DNA from: Camelus ferus
Lineage: Eukaryota
Reading direction: 5' to 3'
DNA: 64,000 nucleotides
Assembly (NCBI RefSeq): GCF_009834535.1
Contig: NC_045697.1
Location: 82,214,001-82,278,000, forward strand
The position numbers and the translations under genes were made by a program. The notes beneath the pieces are model-generated. The model had not been told where the DNA came from. It did no database searches and worked only from the letters and a program-made list of their open reading frames with translations. How positions within the stretch are numbered: the stretch's first letter is position 1; every line of letters starts with the position of its first letter. Below, in pieces: positions 27,068 through 38,972 of this stretch.

Positions 27068-27703
27068 TGATGCAGGAAAACAGATGTGGGATGTGAGGAG
27101 AGCTGAGTCCAAGGTCTCTGTTGAGCCCCTGGGATGTGCCCTGCCAAGTGTGGGTCCTTGGCTTCACGCAGGAAAGAATTCAAGTGTGAGCCACCGTTGA
27201 GTAAAGGTAGATTTATTTAGAGAGGTACATACTGCATAGAATATAAAGCAAGAGAAAGGCAAGGAAAGAGGTGTGGGAATTGGGTGCTCAGGTTAAAGTA
27301 AAAGTAGGTACACACTCCATAGACAGAGTGCGGGCCACTCCAAAGGTGAGAGAGCGAAAAGGGCCACTAGGCATGGTGTTGTCACTTTTTATGGTCTCAG
27401 TAGCTTCACATGCCTACATGTGGGATCAATCCAACTGCCCTGGGGAAGGGGTTGGGATTACCAGGAATTGGGCCACTGCCCATTCTTTGGCCTTTTGTGG
27501 TTGGCCTTGGGGCTGTCATGGCGCCTGCAGGCATGTTATTTGATCAGGCTGTTACAATGAACATATAATGAAGCTCAAGTTCTCCTAGAAGTTAAACCTC
27601 TCAATCCTTAAGGCCCACTAGGAGGTGAATCTTCCACCATTTTGGTGTTAAATTGCTGTCATTCCTTGAGTGGCTGTGCCCCGCCCCCTTCCCTCCTGTC
27701 TCA
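27068..27703 (-). mobile_element. ERV1-type solo LTR
   Basis: tgatgcagg...cctgtctca termini, tccttggcttcacgcaggaaagaattcaag motif, flanks tata/tatc. Confidence 0.8.
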
Positions 27704-27709
27704 TATCGA

Positions 27710-28391
27710 TGTAGGTTTTGTCCAGCAGAAGTCCCACTGAGACAGAATGAATGAGACTCTGTGGAAAGTCAAAAGAGCTAGAGGGAGTCGGAGACCAACT
27801 CCTCCAGCCTCTCAAACACTCCCATATTTATTGTGCACAATCAAAGAAAAGATCATAAACAATTGTGTCATGGAATGCAGGAGTTTAAGGAAAACAGGAT
27901 TGGGTAGAGATCATAAGTTCCACAGTGAGTACAAAGGCTTAATTTACCCTCAGGGCAGTCATGGAGGGAGGGGAGCAAGGTACATTCTTCTGATATAAGA
28001 AACTCATTACAAAACAGACCACCAGTTTCTTGTCCTGGGGATTATAGACTATCTAAACAGCGGAAAGCATGCCCTGCGGTTATAGCTGAGGGCATGGGTC
28101 TTTGCTTTGCTTTACAACACAGAGTAAACCCTAAACTATGGACCTATGCTTATGATAAACAAGCCATGTGCTGCATTTACAGCAAGGGACACAGAATGGT
28201 TTTGCCATTGCGGAGGCAGCCCTAGGCTAAAACCTCAACTATGCAAACAAGGCATTGTCTCTGTTTTTTATGGCAAGGAGACAGGAGTACAGATGCACAG
28301 GTGCCTGCTAGCAAAGCACATTTGCTCTTCTTAAAGGTCACCAGTGGCTGGGGTCTGTTACAATTTATTAACCCAATCATGGGCTCCCACA
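27710..28391 (-). mobile_element. Class II (ERV2/betaretrovirus-like) solo LTR
   Basis: tgtagg...cccaca termini with perfect 6-bp TSD tatcga (27704-27709, 28392-28397); tttatt near 27826. Confidence 0.8.
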
Positions 28392-28409
28392 TATCGAGTA
28401 ATTGATTAT

Positions 28410-29380
28410 GTAGCATACAGCTCAGGAGTGATTAGGAGGGGTCATTAACATATTGTTGTTACATAAAGCATAGAATTAGATGAACTCACCTCGGGAATCG
28501 AAGAGAGAAGGGGGCCTAATACCATACTTGGGAGAGGGGGAAGTGCATAAAACAGTAGAGAGGGTTTTTTCCTTAAGTTTGTTCTGAACTGTAACTTTAA
28601 AAAAAAAGAGTTGTTGATAAAAGGAGATGGAAGTACAAAGGAGGATTTATTTTTTTCTTATTTTATAGTAGAAGATTCTAAAGCACATTGATGTGTGAGG
28701 GGATTGATCAGGCGGCATGCGTGAAACAGATACTCTACAGAGTATTACAGAGGAAGCTACAGATGGGAAGTCCCCGCGTAGCAGAAGGGAGTGGCTGTAG
28801 TTATGCCTATGGATTGGGAGGCGCGGCACATTGTTCACTGTTGCAGGAAGGAGGGCAGAGCTCCTTTGCTCTCAGTGAGATGAGACAATGGTTGTGTATT
28901 ATTTTCCTTTTGCACTGAAATAGAAGGTGATGCCGTTGTTTGAGTAAAAGAGCAGGGTGTGCGTGTTGGTCAAGGCAATGGGAAACATGAGCCAGTTGCT
29001 TTGGAGAGAGAGGAAGCAAACATGAGGGAAACGTGTAGCACTGCTGGGCAGTGTTTGCTGATTTACATTTCTAGTCATGATTTTAAAGTAAGCCTGGTCA
29101 GCGTTCTATGTTGTAGTTTTTGTTGCTTCTTCTAGGTGTTCATCTGCTTACAAGCATACTTAGGGAGGGAAGTCAGGTGAGTTTTCTCCAGGGATAAGAT
29201 TAAAGGCGGGAGGAAAAAGGAAAGGAATTAAAATGCTCACAAGAGTCATATTTGATAATGGGCCATAGGTTATGAACTCCAGATGAGATAAAGAGAGAAG
29301 TTAGGATTTAAGGGGATTGGATTTACTGGATATACATATTGAAGAAGTTTAAATCAATGGAACTTTAGTCTGGTAACTGA
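28410..29380 (-). mobile_element. L2 LINE fragments
   Basis: ggggtcattaacatattgttg...tagatgaactcacct; ctgctgggcagtg...catgattttaaagtaagcctggtcagc. Confidence 0.65.
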
Positions 29381-30929
29381 TATTTCTTTTCTGACTACCC
29401 CAGCTAGAATAGATAACACTGGGCCATTACCAGGAAAAGCTATAGCTTCTTTATACATGATTTCGGCCAAGATTTATTTTAAGTTAAAAGTCTATTTTTT
29501 CCTTATGTAATTTAGAACTCATGAATGTTATGGAGTTCCTATGAGGAATTAACATAACATCCAAAGATTATGTGAAACCTATGGATTAGTTACATTGATA
29601 CTGCTTTTACAGCCCAGCAAGAAAGGCCCCGCATTTTTGAGGGCACATTTCACAAGCACAAATGGAAAGTACATTCATTAAAAAACACACAAGAACCTCA
29701 TTCACAACCTAGCACTTAGCACTTGACAGAGCACCATCTGTAAATCTGAACAGCCACTCTAGTGATAATACTTTTTGGGTCCTAAGGAAACAGTCCTCCA
29801 TACAGGACGAGAGCCCTGTGACCTCAAAATAAAATACAACTGCATCAGAGAACCATGAAGTTCATATATTGTATTCCTGACAATGTTAGGGTGGGTATTG
29901 ATACAGAAGCTATGTAAGATTTGAGTGATGGATGTGCTTAGAGAAGAGGAAAGACAAATTAATTAACTTGTCAAATCCTTCTTCTCAGGAAGCAAGAATG
30001 CAATAGATGCTTGCATAATTAGGTATTGATTCCCAGTAGTTCTAAACATCTGTTTTCTTGCTTATCTCAATGTTCCCATTTGTGATTTCAGAGGAACTCA
30101 TGAATTAGAGATGATTTTCACAACAGTGGCAAATGGAGGCTGATGTACATTTGTAATATTAAGCAATCCATCTTACTCTTGAAATTGTGTATGTGCTATA
30201 AACATAACATTCATGAAATGTATCATCATTTTTTATATTGTCAACTAGATAACTTTGAGGCATAGAATTGGAAATAGTTCTATTTTATAACATTGTTAAT
30301 GACATTTAATTAAATGTATAAAGTAAAAATAGCTTTATGCAGAATTTTTGGCATTTTAATTATATCATGCCTTTTAATTTTAGCAAATAATTTTAATAAT
30401 TTACAAGGAAAATGACAAAAGTACAAATAAAAGAATTTTCATTATATACTTTTTCATTTAATTTATGTTTTTATAAAAATATATTCAAAGTTGAAATATT
30501 GAACACATATTTTTAAGCCTTCTTGTCATTGTGAATAAGTCATGATAGAATAATGGTTAGGATAGAAAATATGAAAATGCAATTTGGGAGGAAAAAACAC
30601 TTCAGTACAGAAGTGAGATAATCTTTAAAGAGCAAGATTCATGTAAAATTTGTGAACTGAAATAAGGATCACTTTCATGATAATATATGTGAACTCTCAA
30701 GTGGACTTGTGCCAAAGGCCCTGGGAGTATTAAGGGCCAGCACATGTTCAGTTCTTCTCAGTGTAGGTGGGGTCAGTTCTCCATGGGACGACAAGACTCG
30801 TCAGGCCCCAGAGCCCCCTACAGAACCAGAGAAGATTCCAGAGCTGAATGCATTATAGCCGTTAAAGAGTTTTTAGCATTAACTACATAAATCCTGAAAA
30901 TAGCATATCTAACTTTTTGTCTAAGTCAG

Positions 30930-31375
30930 TGATTGTTATACATGTATAAATATTAAAGTTCCAGGGAGGAGACTGTGGCTTGGGAAGGGAAAGAACAGAA
31001 GATAATCTAACAAGAGTGAAGGACTTCCTAACAGAAAGGAATCCAAGTGCAAATGCACGTGGAATCCTAACCCCAACCCTAAGATTTTTAAGGTTTTCTT
31101 TTTTTTTTTTTTTGAGATCAACAAACAAGAAAAAAACAATCACACACACATACACAGAGATGCTCTTGTACAACAAATTAACTGACTGTGTTTGAGAATA
31201 GAATCTGGTATATTTTTGAGGTTTGAGGTTGGCAAATCCTATCACGAGAATGGAACACAGAGCATAAGAACTGGGGAATAAGACAATTTTGAAGGCTTAT
31301 GAACAAGAAAAGGAAATGATTAAATATGCCCTTAGAAACATTATTCAGGCAAGTGGATGCAGGCAAATCAAAACT
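30930..31375 (-). mobile_element. L2 fragment
   Basis: gatttaaatatgcccttagaaacattattcaggcaagtggat-like L2 motif in purine-rich sequence. Confidence 0.45.
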
Positions 31376-31755
31376 AGAGCAATTATTTAAAAAAAAAATC
31401 TAGAGCAATTATGAATAAGGAAGAGCTTCAAGTAACTATGAGAACCAAGAGGTAGTGAGAAGCTGCATAAAGGCCCACCAGTTATGAGGGCAGCAGAGAT
31501 GTTAACTTCAGAAGTAGCAGTGACAGGACATGTTAGCTGATTTATGTAGCAGAGGAGGGGGGAATGACATACCACTCCAGGTTGTGAACAAGAAAAACTG
31601 TAAAATGGTGATCTCAGTAAGTCACATTCCCAACGTAGGGACAACGAACATTGACAGAAAACAGTGATTTCAGTTTTTGAACATGTTTTGTTCAAGATGC
31701 CATGGGCCCCTTCAAGGAACGGTGCCAACCGTCTATTTGTTATTAACGGGACTCC

Positions 31756-31763
31756 TGACGTCA
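31756..31763. promoter_or_regulatory. Perfect CRE palindrome TGACGTCA in a locally CpG-retaining non-repeat stretch
   Basis: Motif seen directly; function is only inferred. Confidence 0.35.
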
Positions 31764-32059
31764 CAAGAAAAAGATTGAAGATACAGTTTGACAGTCATGC
31801 ATATTCAGAAGATAATTTGCAAAATTCAAAAAAATGAGTAACAGACACAGAAAAGAATATACTTTTGTAACAACTGAAATGCTTTTGACATAATTGGATA
31901 ACCTATTTTTACATTCCAAAAAAAATTGCATCTGTGTACACTTGTATCTATGCTTTGTTTTCCCAGAAACATTCAGTACTAGTAAAAATACCATGAAACA
32001 GACTTGTAATAAACATGAGCAGTTTATTTTACAAAAAGGCATTCCAAAAAATTATGTCC

Positions 32060-32540
32060 TGACCAACTCCTTGCTGGGATTATTTTATAAATGTGTGTTT
32101 CTATCTTGTCTGTTAATGTCCATTACCAACTTTTCTCTTGGTATTTAGTGTTTTCTCTGAAGTTATTGAACTTTTATCCACTTTTAATTTTGATTATAAA
32201 TATGTATTTGGGTATATTATAAATATTCACATGTACACACATATACAGTACATTTCATGTAATCAAATCTATCAATATTTTTCTTTATGATATTTTAAAT
32301 TTCTTTATAAGTTTTTTTTTTAAATTGCAAGTGCCTAAATAAAATACTCTCCTACAGCAGACATTTTAAGAACTTTTCTCTGTTTTCTCCTATTCTTTTT
32401 TTTTTTTCTTTTTGAACTGGGTAATTCACCTAGAGTTAAGTTTGGTGTTTTGTGTGGGGTATCAAACCTATTGTCTTCATCTCCTTTCCTTAAACTGTTA
32501 TTTCAGACTGTAAACTGTTCTGCTAAGCTTCCTCTAATAT
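32060..32540 (-). mobile_element. Ancient L1 ORF2 fragment
   Basis: T-rich degenerate match (ctgttaatgtccattaccaactttt...catttcatgtaatcaaatctatcaatattt...aattcacctagagtt). Confidence 0.5.
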
Positions 32541-32574
32541 GTCAAATTTCATTTATAGATTCTCTAACCTTTCA

Positions 32575-33180
32575 CTTATTTGTTCTATCAATAAATATTT
32601 ATTAAATGTTTATTATTTATCAGTTAATATCCTAAAAGTAGAAAATACAGCCGTGAAGAAAACTTACTCAAATGCCTACAATCATGCATCTTTCATTTTA
32701 TTGTCTAGAAGTGGGCAAGAAGAAGGAGAAGGGAAATAAGTTAAAACTTTAGCCTTTGTGTTGTGATGGTGTTTTTATGAAGCAAAAACCAAAGTAGGAA
32801 AGAAAATTAAGAAGTGTAGATAAGTGGTTTCAAGAGAAAATAAAGGTAGAGAAGTTGAGGTCATTGATTACGGATAACTCTTTCAAGAAAGTTTTATGTG
32901 TTCTAGCAGGGGATTCTACAGAGGTTTTGGTTTGTTTGTGTTTTCATATGGGAGGGATAACAGATACAGTGCACAAGAATAACTGTTAATGCAGAAACAA
33001 GAGAGAAATTGCTGGAGTCGGGTTCTTGGAGAAGTGAGAAGTTTTAATCCAAGTAGAGATGCTGGCTTTGCAGAGAACGTAAACTATTCACCAAGAAGTT
33101 GAGGAAAAACTAAAAAATGCACTGTTAACTAAGCTCTTAGGATTATTAACATCTTAAGATTGATTTATTTTTTCAGTGAT
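32575..33180 (-). mobile_element. L2 3' end and internal fragments
   Basis: tcaataaatatttattaaatgtttatta...gataactctttcaagaaagtttt. Confidence 0.6.
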
Positions 33181-33469
33181 ACAGGCACCAAAGCTTACAA
33201 TTTTGGAGTGTTTTGTTCATTATCATTACTGTGGCAGTAATTAACCTCTACAGTGACTTAATGGACTGTTGCAATCTATTAATGTAAGCTAAAGATTCCT
33301 AGATAACTCTCTGATGATTACAAATCAAAATTTCTTTTAAAAGAAAAAATATTTCAGAATTAACCATTGATTAGGTAAGTCAGAGCTCACATTTTTTTCC
33401 CTTATTCAACCAAACCAGTTCAGTGATCCAGAACTTATTGTATTTGTAATACACATTTTTGGGGAGGAG

Positions 33470-33695
33470 GGTACACTATCTATGTGCTAGGTACTATGTC
33501 AAAAGCTTGCACTGAGAAATACTATTAAGCCTTGAAACAATGGAGTAATTAGTAATATTATCTTTGTTTTACTAATGAGAAAAGTGAAACTAAAGAGATC
33601 ATGTAATCTGCACACACACACAGCTAATGTGGTTTAAAGCCAGCATTTAAACTTCAAAAGTATGAGTCCAGAGCCTCTGCTCTTAATCATTGCAT
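33470..33695 (-). mobile_element. MIR SINE
   Basis: tatgtgctaggtactatg...ttttactaatgagaaaagtgaaact...gagtccagagcctctgctcttaatca. Confidence 0.8.
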
Positions 33696-35019
33696 TTCTT
33701 CACACCATTACAAACACTTTATCATTCTGAACAGAGTGATGTCTAAAGAATATCATGGCAGTGAATTCTAAGAAAGTATTGCGATTTTGTGGAATCACAA
33801 ACATGGGTGACTTAGGTCATCCTAGGAGATAAGATATGCAATGAAGAGGAATCTGCATTTATCTCACATTCTGAGAATGCAGCTAAATGTTTATCTTTTG
33901 AAGCTTAGATTTAAATTTATTGGAATTATAAGAATCTAATACAATGAAATTTATGTTATTTCTATAATATAAAGCGGAGTAATATTTGACATGGTTGACA
34001 ACGTGTAGTAATTTTGGTTTGAATTGATATTGTGTCTCTTATACTAAATGCCTTTAGCCTCTGCAAAACTTATCAGAAAATGTAGCCCAAAAAGATTGTA
34101 GTCACTACAACTATACTAGAATATGTTGTTCACTTCCATTAAGACATTTCTCATTGACGTGAAAATGATCAATTACATATAGAATAAGGTAAAGAGAAAG
34201 GGAACAGGCACTTACGTTTGGCCCTGAAAACTGGAATTAATGTGTTGAACCAGGTATACTAACTCTGCTCCAGAAAAAGTTTAAAAAAGAGTGAAAACCA
34301 TATGAGATTTTTTTAATATACGATATTTAGCATGCTGTATTTTTTAAGTATCAGGTAGATTTTATTATTCCCTCTTAGAAGTTATCCTAAAGTACTACAA
34401 TAAATTGTTGCACTTTTAGACAAGGAAAATAATATTTAATATAGTTTGTCATGTTTCACCCTAGTTCCTGAGAGGAAGCCTTTAACATTTAACTTTGTTC
34501 TACTTAGAATTAACTATCTCCTAAGCCAACATTCTACTGATAATACTCTAAACTTATGTAGCAAGTACCACATATGGATCAAGACAAATGTTCTTTTTAT
34601 TTTTCTTTATTTTTAAATATAATTTGCTACCTATGCTGAAGTAAGAGTGTTTGAGAAACTATAAACTTTATCTGGAAAGATACCATTAAATGATGCCACT
34701 TCTAACAAATGCTATTCTTCAGTTGAAATTTCTCAGCACCCCAAAGGAATCAATCCCCAGGGGCAGCATAGCCTGATCCTTTGTTACTGATTGTATTGAC
34801 AGTGGGCAGTTCCTACTTTGAGACAATGTATTTTCCTATTGAATATTTATTCAGTCATACCTTGTTGTAGTATTGACCTTACACCATGAGGAAGCAGTGA
34901 GTAATAACAAACGCCCCTGGATCCTGACAGATGGTTTTAGTATTTGGGTTTGCCGTCAACTTTGAACCTCAATATGTGCAAAACTAAGGAACCAAGTGCA
35001 GAGGAAATGTTATCTGGAT

Positions 35020-35550
35020 TAAAATAATGCCATTTGCAGCAACATGGATGGACCCAGAGATGGTCATTTTAAGTGAAGTAAGCCAGAAAGAAAAAGAAAG
35101 ATACCATATGATATCATTCATATGTGAAATCTAAAAGAAAGAGAGAAAGAAGAAGGAAGGAAGGAAAGAGAAGAAAGAAAGAAGGAAAGAAAGAGAGAAA
35201 GAAAAAAAGAAGACACTAATGAACTACAAATGATCTACAAAACAGAAACAGACTTACAGACATAGTAAACAATCTAATGGTTACCCAGGGTAAGGAGTGG
35301 GAAGGGATACATTTAGGAGTTTGAGATTTGCAAATGATAACCACTATATATAAAAATAGATTAAAAAAACAAATTTCTTCTGTATAGCACAGGAAATTAT
35401 ATTCAATATATTATAACTTTTAATTAAAAATAATATGGAAACAAATATATGAATATATATGTATGCCTCTGGGACGTTATGCTGTACACCAGAAATTGAC
35501 ACATTGAAATTGAAAATTGAAACTGTGACTATACTTCAATTAAAAAAAAA
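35020..35550 (+). mobile_element. Young 5'-truncated L1 3' end with poly(A) and internal GAAA expansion
   Basis: aataatgccatttgcagcaacatggatggacc...ctatacttcaattaaaaaaaaa; flanking repeat agaggaaatgt (35000-35010) / agaggcaatgt (35550-35560). Confidence 0.92.
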
Positions 35551-36099
35551 GAGGCAATGTGACCATTTGCAGACAGCAAGTATGCTAAATCCTTGATTTA
35601 AACAGGAGTATATTTTCAGCTAAATGTTGTTTTCAAGACTAAGCATAAAAAGAAAGGCTCAATATGAGTATTGCTCATGTCAGCTGCCAGACTGAAGCAT
35701 ATGTCAGGTAAAAAACACGTATAATTGTAAGCTTGATTTTTTAATATATAAAATCTTACAAATAAGCCTTAAGTTTATTTTAATCTATGATAAATAACCT
35801 ATTAGTATCTATACATTTTGAAGTATATATCACAGGCACTCTCATTTATCTTATCACACATTCAACACTCAATAAAATAATGTAATGACTGTAATGTAAT
35901 GACTAAAAATTGTAAACACTTGAAACTAAATTATAATATATGACTTAACTAATATAGATATACATATAAGCAACAGGTGGATGTCTTTATATTGATGTGG
36001 TCATTTCAGTCACAAACTCAAATTAAACTTTCAAACAAATAATAGTGAATATTTTTCATTTAACATCCTGTTCTCACTTCAACTACTTCTCTATCATTT

Positions 36100-36775
36100 T
36101 ATTATTGTGAGTCTTTCATTTATTCCCAGGACACTCTTCTTTCTCCAGTCAATCCTTCATATTTTCATTAGAATTTTCCTCCCCGATAGAGATCTGAATT
36201 TGTCACTTACTTTCTTAAATATCCCCTATGGTTCTCAACTATTTAGAAAATAGAGATCAAATTCCTTAGCAAATAATTTAAGACCTTTCATAATTTGAAT
36301 CTAATTTGTTCAATATTATAGCCAGTTCTTGCCTCAAATATTTTATCTGAACTTCCCCTAGCCCCCTGAAAATACTGTGCATTTTCACATCTCTGCTAAT
36401 GCTCATCCCGTTATCTCATTTTTCCTACCTTGCTAAGCCTAAAGATGTCTTATTCCTGATTCAACTTTTCACTGAAATGTTACATCCAACACAAAGACTT
36501 TCCTGGTCCTAGCATTTAGAATCAAACTCAACCTCTGCTGTACTTCGAATGAAATGTCCTGCATTTAACCTCTGTTTTGTTTTTTTTTAAATTGTCCCCT
36601 TACTATAGACATTCAGGTTTCTATATACACATAGGAACCCATATACAAATAAAAACATTAGATTGTGATATTTTTCAGCAGAGGAACTTAGATTTGTTTC
36701 TTATCCTCTCCCCAGAATCAAGGATATTTCTCAGCTTTCTTTCCTGGGGTGCGTATATTTTAATCATTTGAATAG
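36100..36775 (+). mobile_element. L2 3' region
   Basis: atctgaatttgtcacttactttcttaaatatcccctatggttctc...agattgtgatatttttcagcagaggaac. Confidence 0.65.
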
Positions 36776-37899
36776 AGAAGAAGAGAGGAGAGAGACACAA
36801 TAGTCACAGAGATATAGAAGCCACTTTGTACTTTAATTTTTTTCCATTCACTTCTGATATTATAATAAAAATAATAAGACGTTTTAAAAATGGAATTAAC
36901 TGTAATTTAAGAATTTTAATTCAACTATGTAAATGCCTTTGGTCTTTGATTTAATAAGACTACATAGCCTCAGATATAAAATGAATGTTTTTACTGCTCA
37001 AAAATATAAACTTTACTTTATGGTATTGAAAAAGGGTATTTTTTCTTGCATCTGCAAAGATAATCTGTAACATCTTTGAAAAACTATCTCCATGATATTT
37101 TGGAAAATAAAATCTATGCTATGTAGCCACTGAGTAGCATCATTGTCATTTGAATAATAGTCCCATGAAAAATCATATACATCTCATTCCAGAGAGAAAG
37201 GGTAACATTATAATCTTAATAAACGCTTTCATTAAGCCAGATATTTTATAATTAAAATTAAAAGCAAAACTGGAAGAAAGGCATGGCCTTTTAAATTTAA
37301 ATGCCATCATGATACATTACACTTTTCATTTTGAAGTGCTTCATTGGGCAACTATATCTTCTTTTTTCAGTTGATATTCAGACTATTTTATCTTCACGAT
37401 AAAATCATGAATATTGCATCAATAAACCTTTTAGTTATATGTAACATGTGAATAATCCTAAGATAGCATCTGTTGCATTTATCAGTAAGCATACTTGCTT
37501 ATTAAAAAATTGAAAAAATAATTGCCTGATATAGAAGCATAATATTTACAATGAAATCAGTCCTCTGCTTAGTATGAGAGCTTCTATATTAAGCCTGGAT
37601 TCCAACTACCATTATTATCTCTGTTTCTTCTCAGACCTTCTTTACTCAACAGAGTATAACAAACAGTTATCTTTCATTTTCTATGGTTACATTTTAGCAG
37701 AATAAATATTTTAGACCCTTTCCAAAATTTGAACTCTCTCTTAAGGAACTTAGGTCCACATTTCTACTAAAATTTTTTCAGTGTAAATAGAGAAATCAAA
37801 CAAACCTCAGTATCTAATTGTCTCCATAAATTTCCCGTTTCTAACCAATAACTAAAATTCATCTTATTGTAATGAAACAGATAGATAACTCATAAAACT

Positions 37900-38050
37900 G
37901 TTTAAATTGCACAGAATCATTAGAAACAACCATCTCTTTTTATAAATGAGAAAACTGAGTTCCAGGCAACATAAATGTCTTTCCCAGAACCCTATACCTG
38001 CACTCAAACTTTTAACCTCTTGCCTGTCTCCCCCATAGTTGACCTCACAT
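37900..38050 (-). mobile_element. MIR fragment
   Basis: ttttataaatgagaaaactgagttccagg core. Confidence 0.5.
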
Positions 38051-38369
38051 GGAAAATACACCCCTAGGAAATTCCAAGAATCCGTCTTTTTTATTGTTCA
38101 TAGGAGCAATTATAAATTTGTGTAGATAATCTTACAAGTGTGACAACTTATTACACTGTAAAGCCATGACTGCACAACTCCAAGAGATGCTTTATAATTT
38201 TCCACCAACAGTCCTTTAGTATCTCCCTTCCATATACATTATAAGGATAACGAAGTCTCCTCTTCTAAACCTTACAGTGGTCCTGCCTCTTACTCATCTT
38301 ATTAACTTGTCATTTTATTTCACTGGTGTAAGAAAAGCAGTCTAAACAGAAACTCACACCATGGAACAG

Positions 38370-38972
38370 GGTTTTAGACTTGATTGGGCAGTCATTGAAG
38401 TTCCTTGTGAATCAGCTGAATATTTGAGGCTGGTTTTCCTTCTTTGTAAATGCAGGTTTCATTGAACTTTCACTATAGGCCAGATTAACCTTAACTACCA
38501 GCTACCCCTTCTTGAGTCTCAACAAACATTCAATAGGAACTCACCATTCATGTTAGATGGAATTTTAGAGGCTGTTAGTCATGTATGAACTGTTTCATCT
38601 CCCTTGTTATTCTTTTCTTGCCCTCTGTAATTTCACCCTATGCCTGTGTGACAATAGTCAGTTCCATACTCTAGGGGACACAAGTTTATAGCTCTTTCTA
38701 GCTTCTTCCTCTCCATTGTGCTTCCCTACAGATTCCAGCTGACAGGATCCCTGAACTTGGCTCTGCTTGGTTTCCTCTGTGTGCCATGTTTTGGAAAGTC
38801 AAGGGGATTACAGGGTTAACCTATTGTTTTCTGTTAATGCAGGGATCACTGTCCTATTCTTCCTTCTGTCCTATTTCTGAAAAGAGTATTATATATTTTG
38901 TCTAGTTTTCCATGTGTTTACTTTGGCATATAGTCCAGTTTAGTCACTCACTCATGCGTGGAAGTAGAAGCC
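38370..38972 (-). mobile_element. Ancient L1 (L1ME/L1MD-type) 5'-end fragment
   Basis: cagggatcactgtcct...atattttgtctagttttc...agtcactcactcatgcgtggaagtagaagcc, resembling the reverse of an old L1 5' terminus. Confidence 0.6.

Noticed and set aside
30883..32148. Cluster of overlapping 60-125 aa ORFs
   Set aside because: They run through L2 relics and poly-T/A tracts; no known protein similarity.
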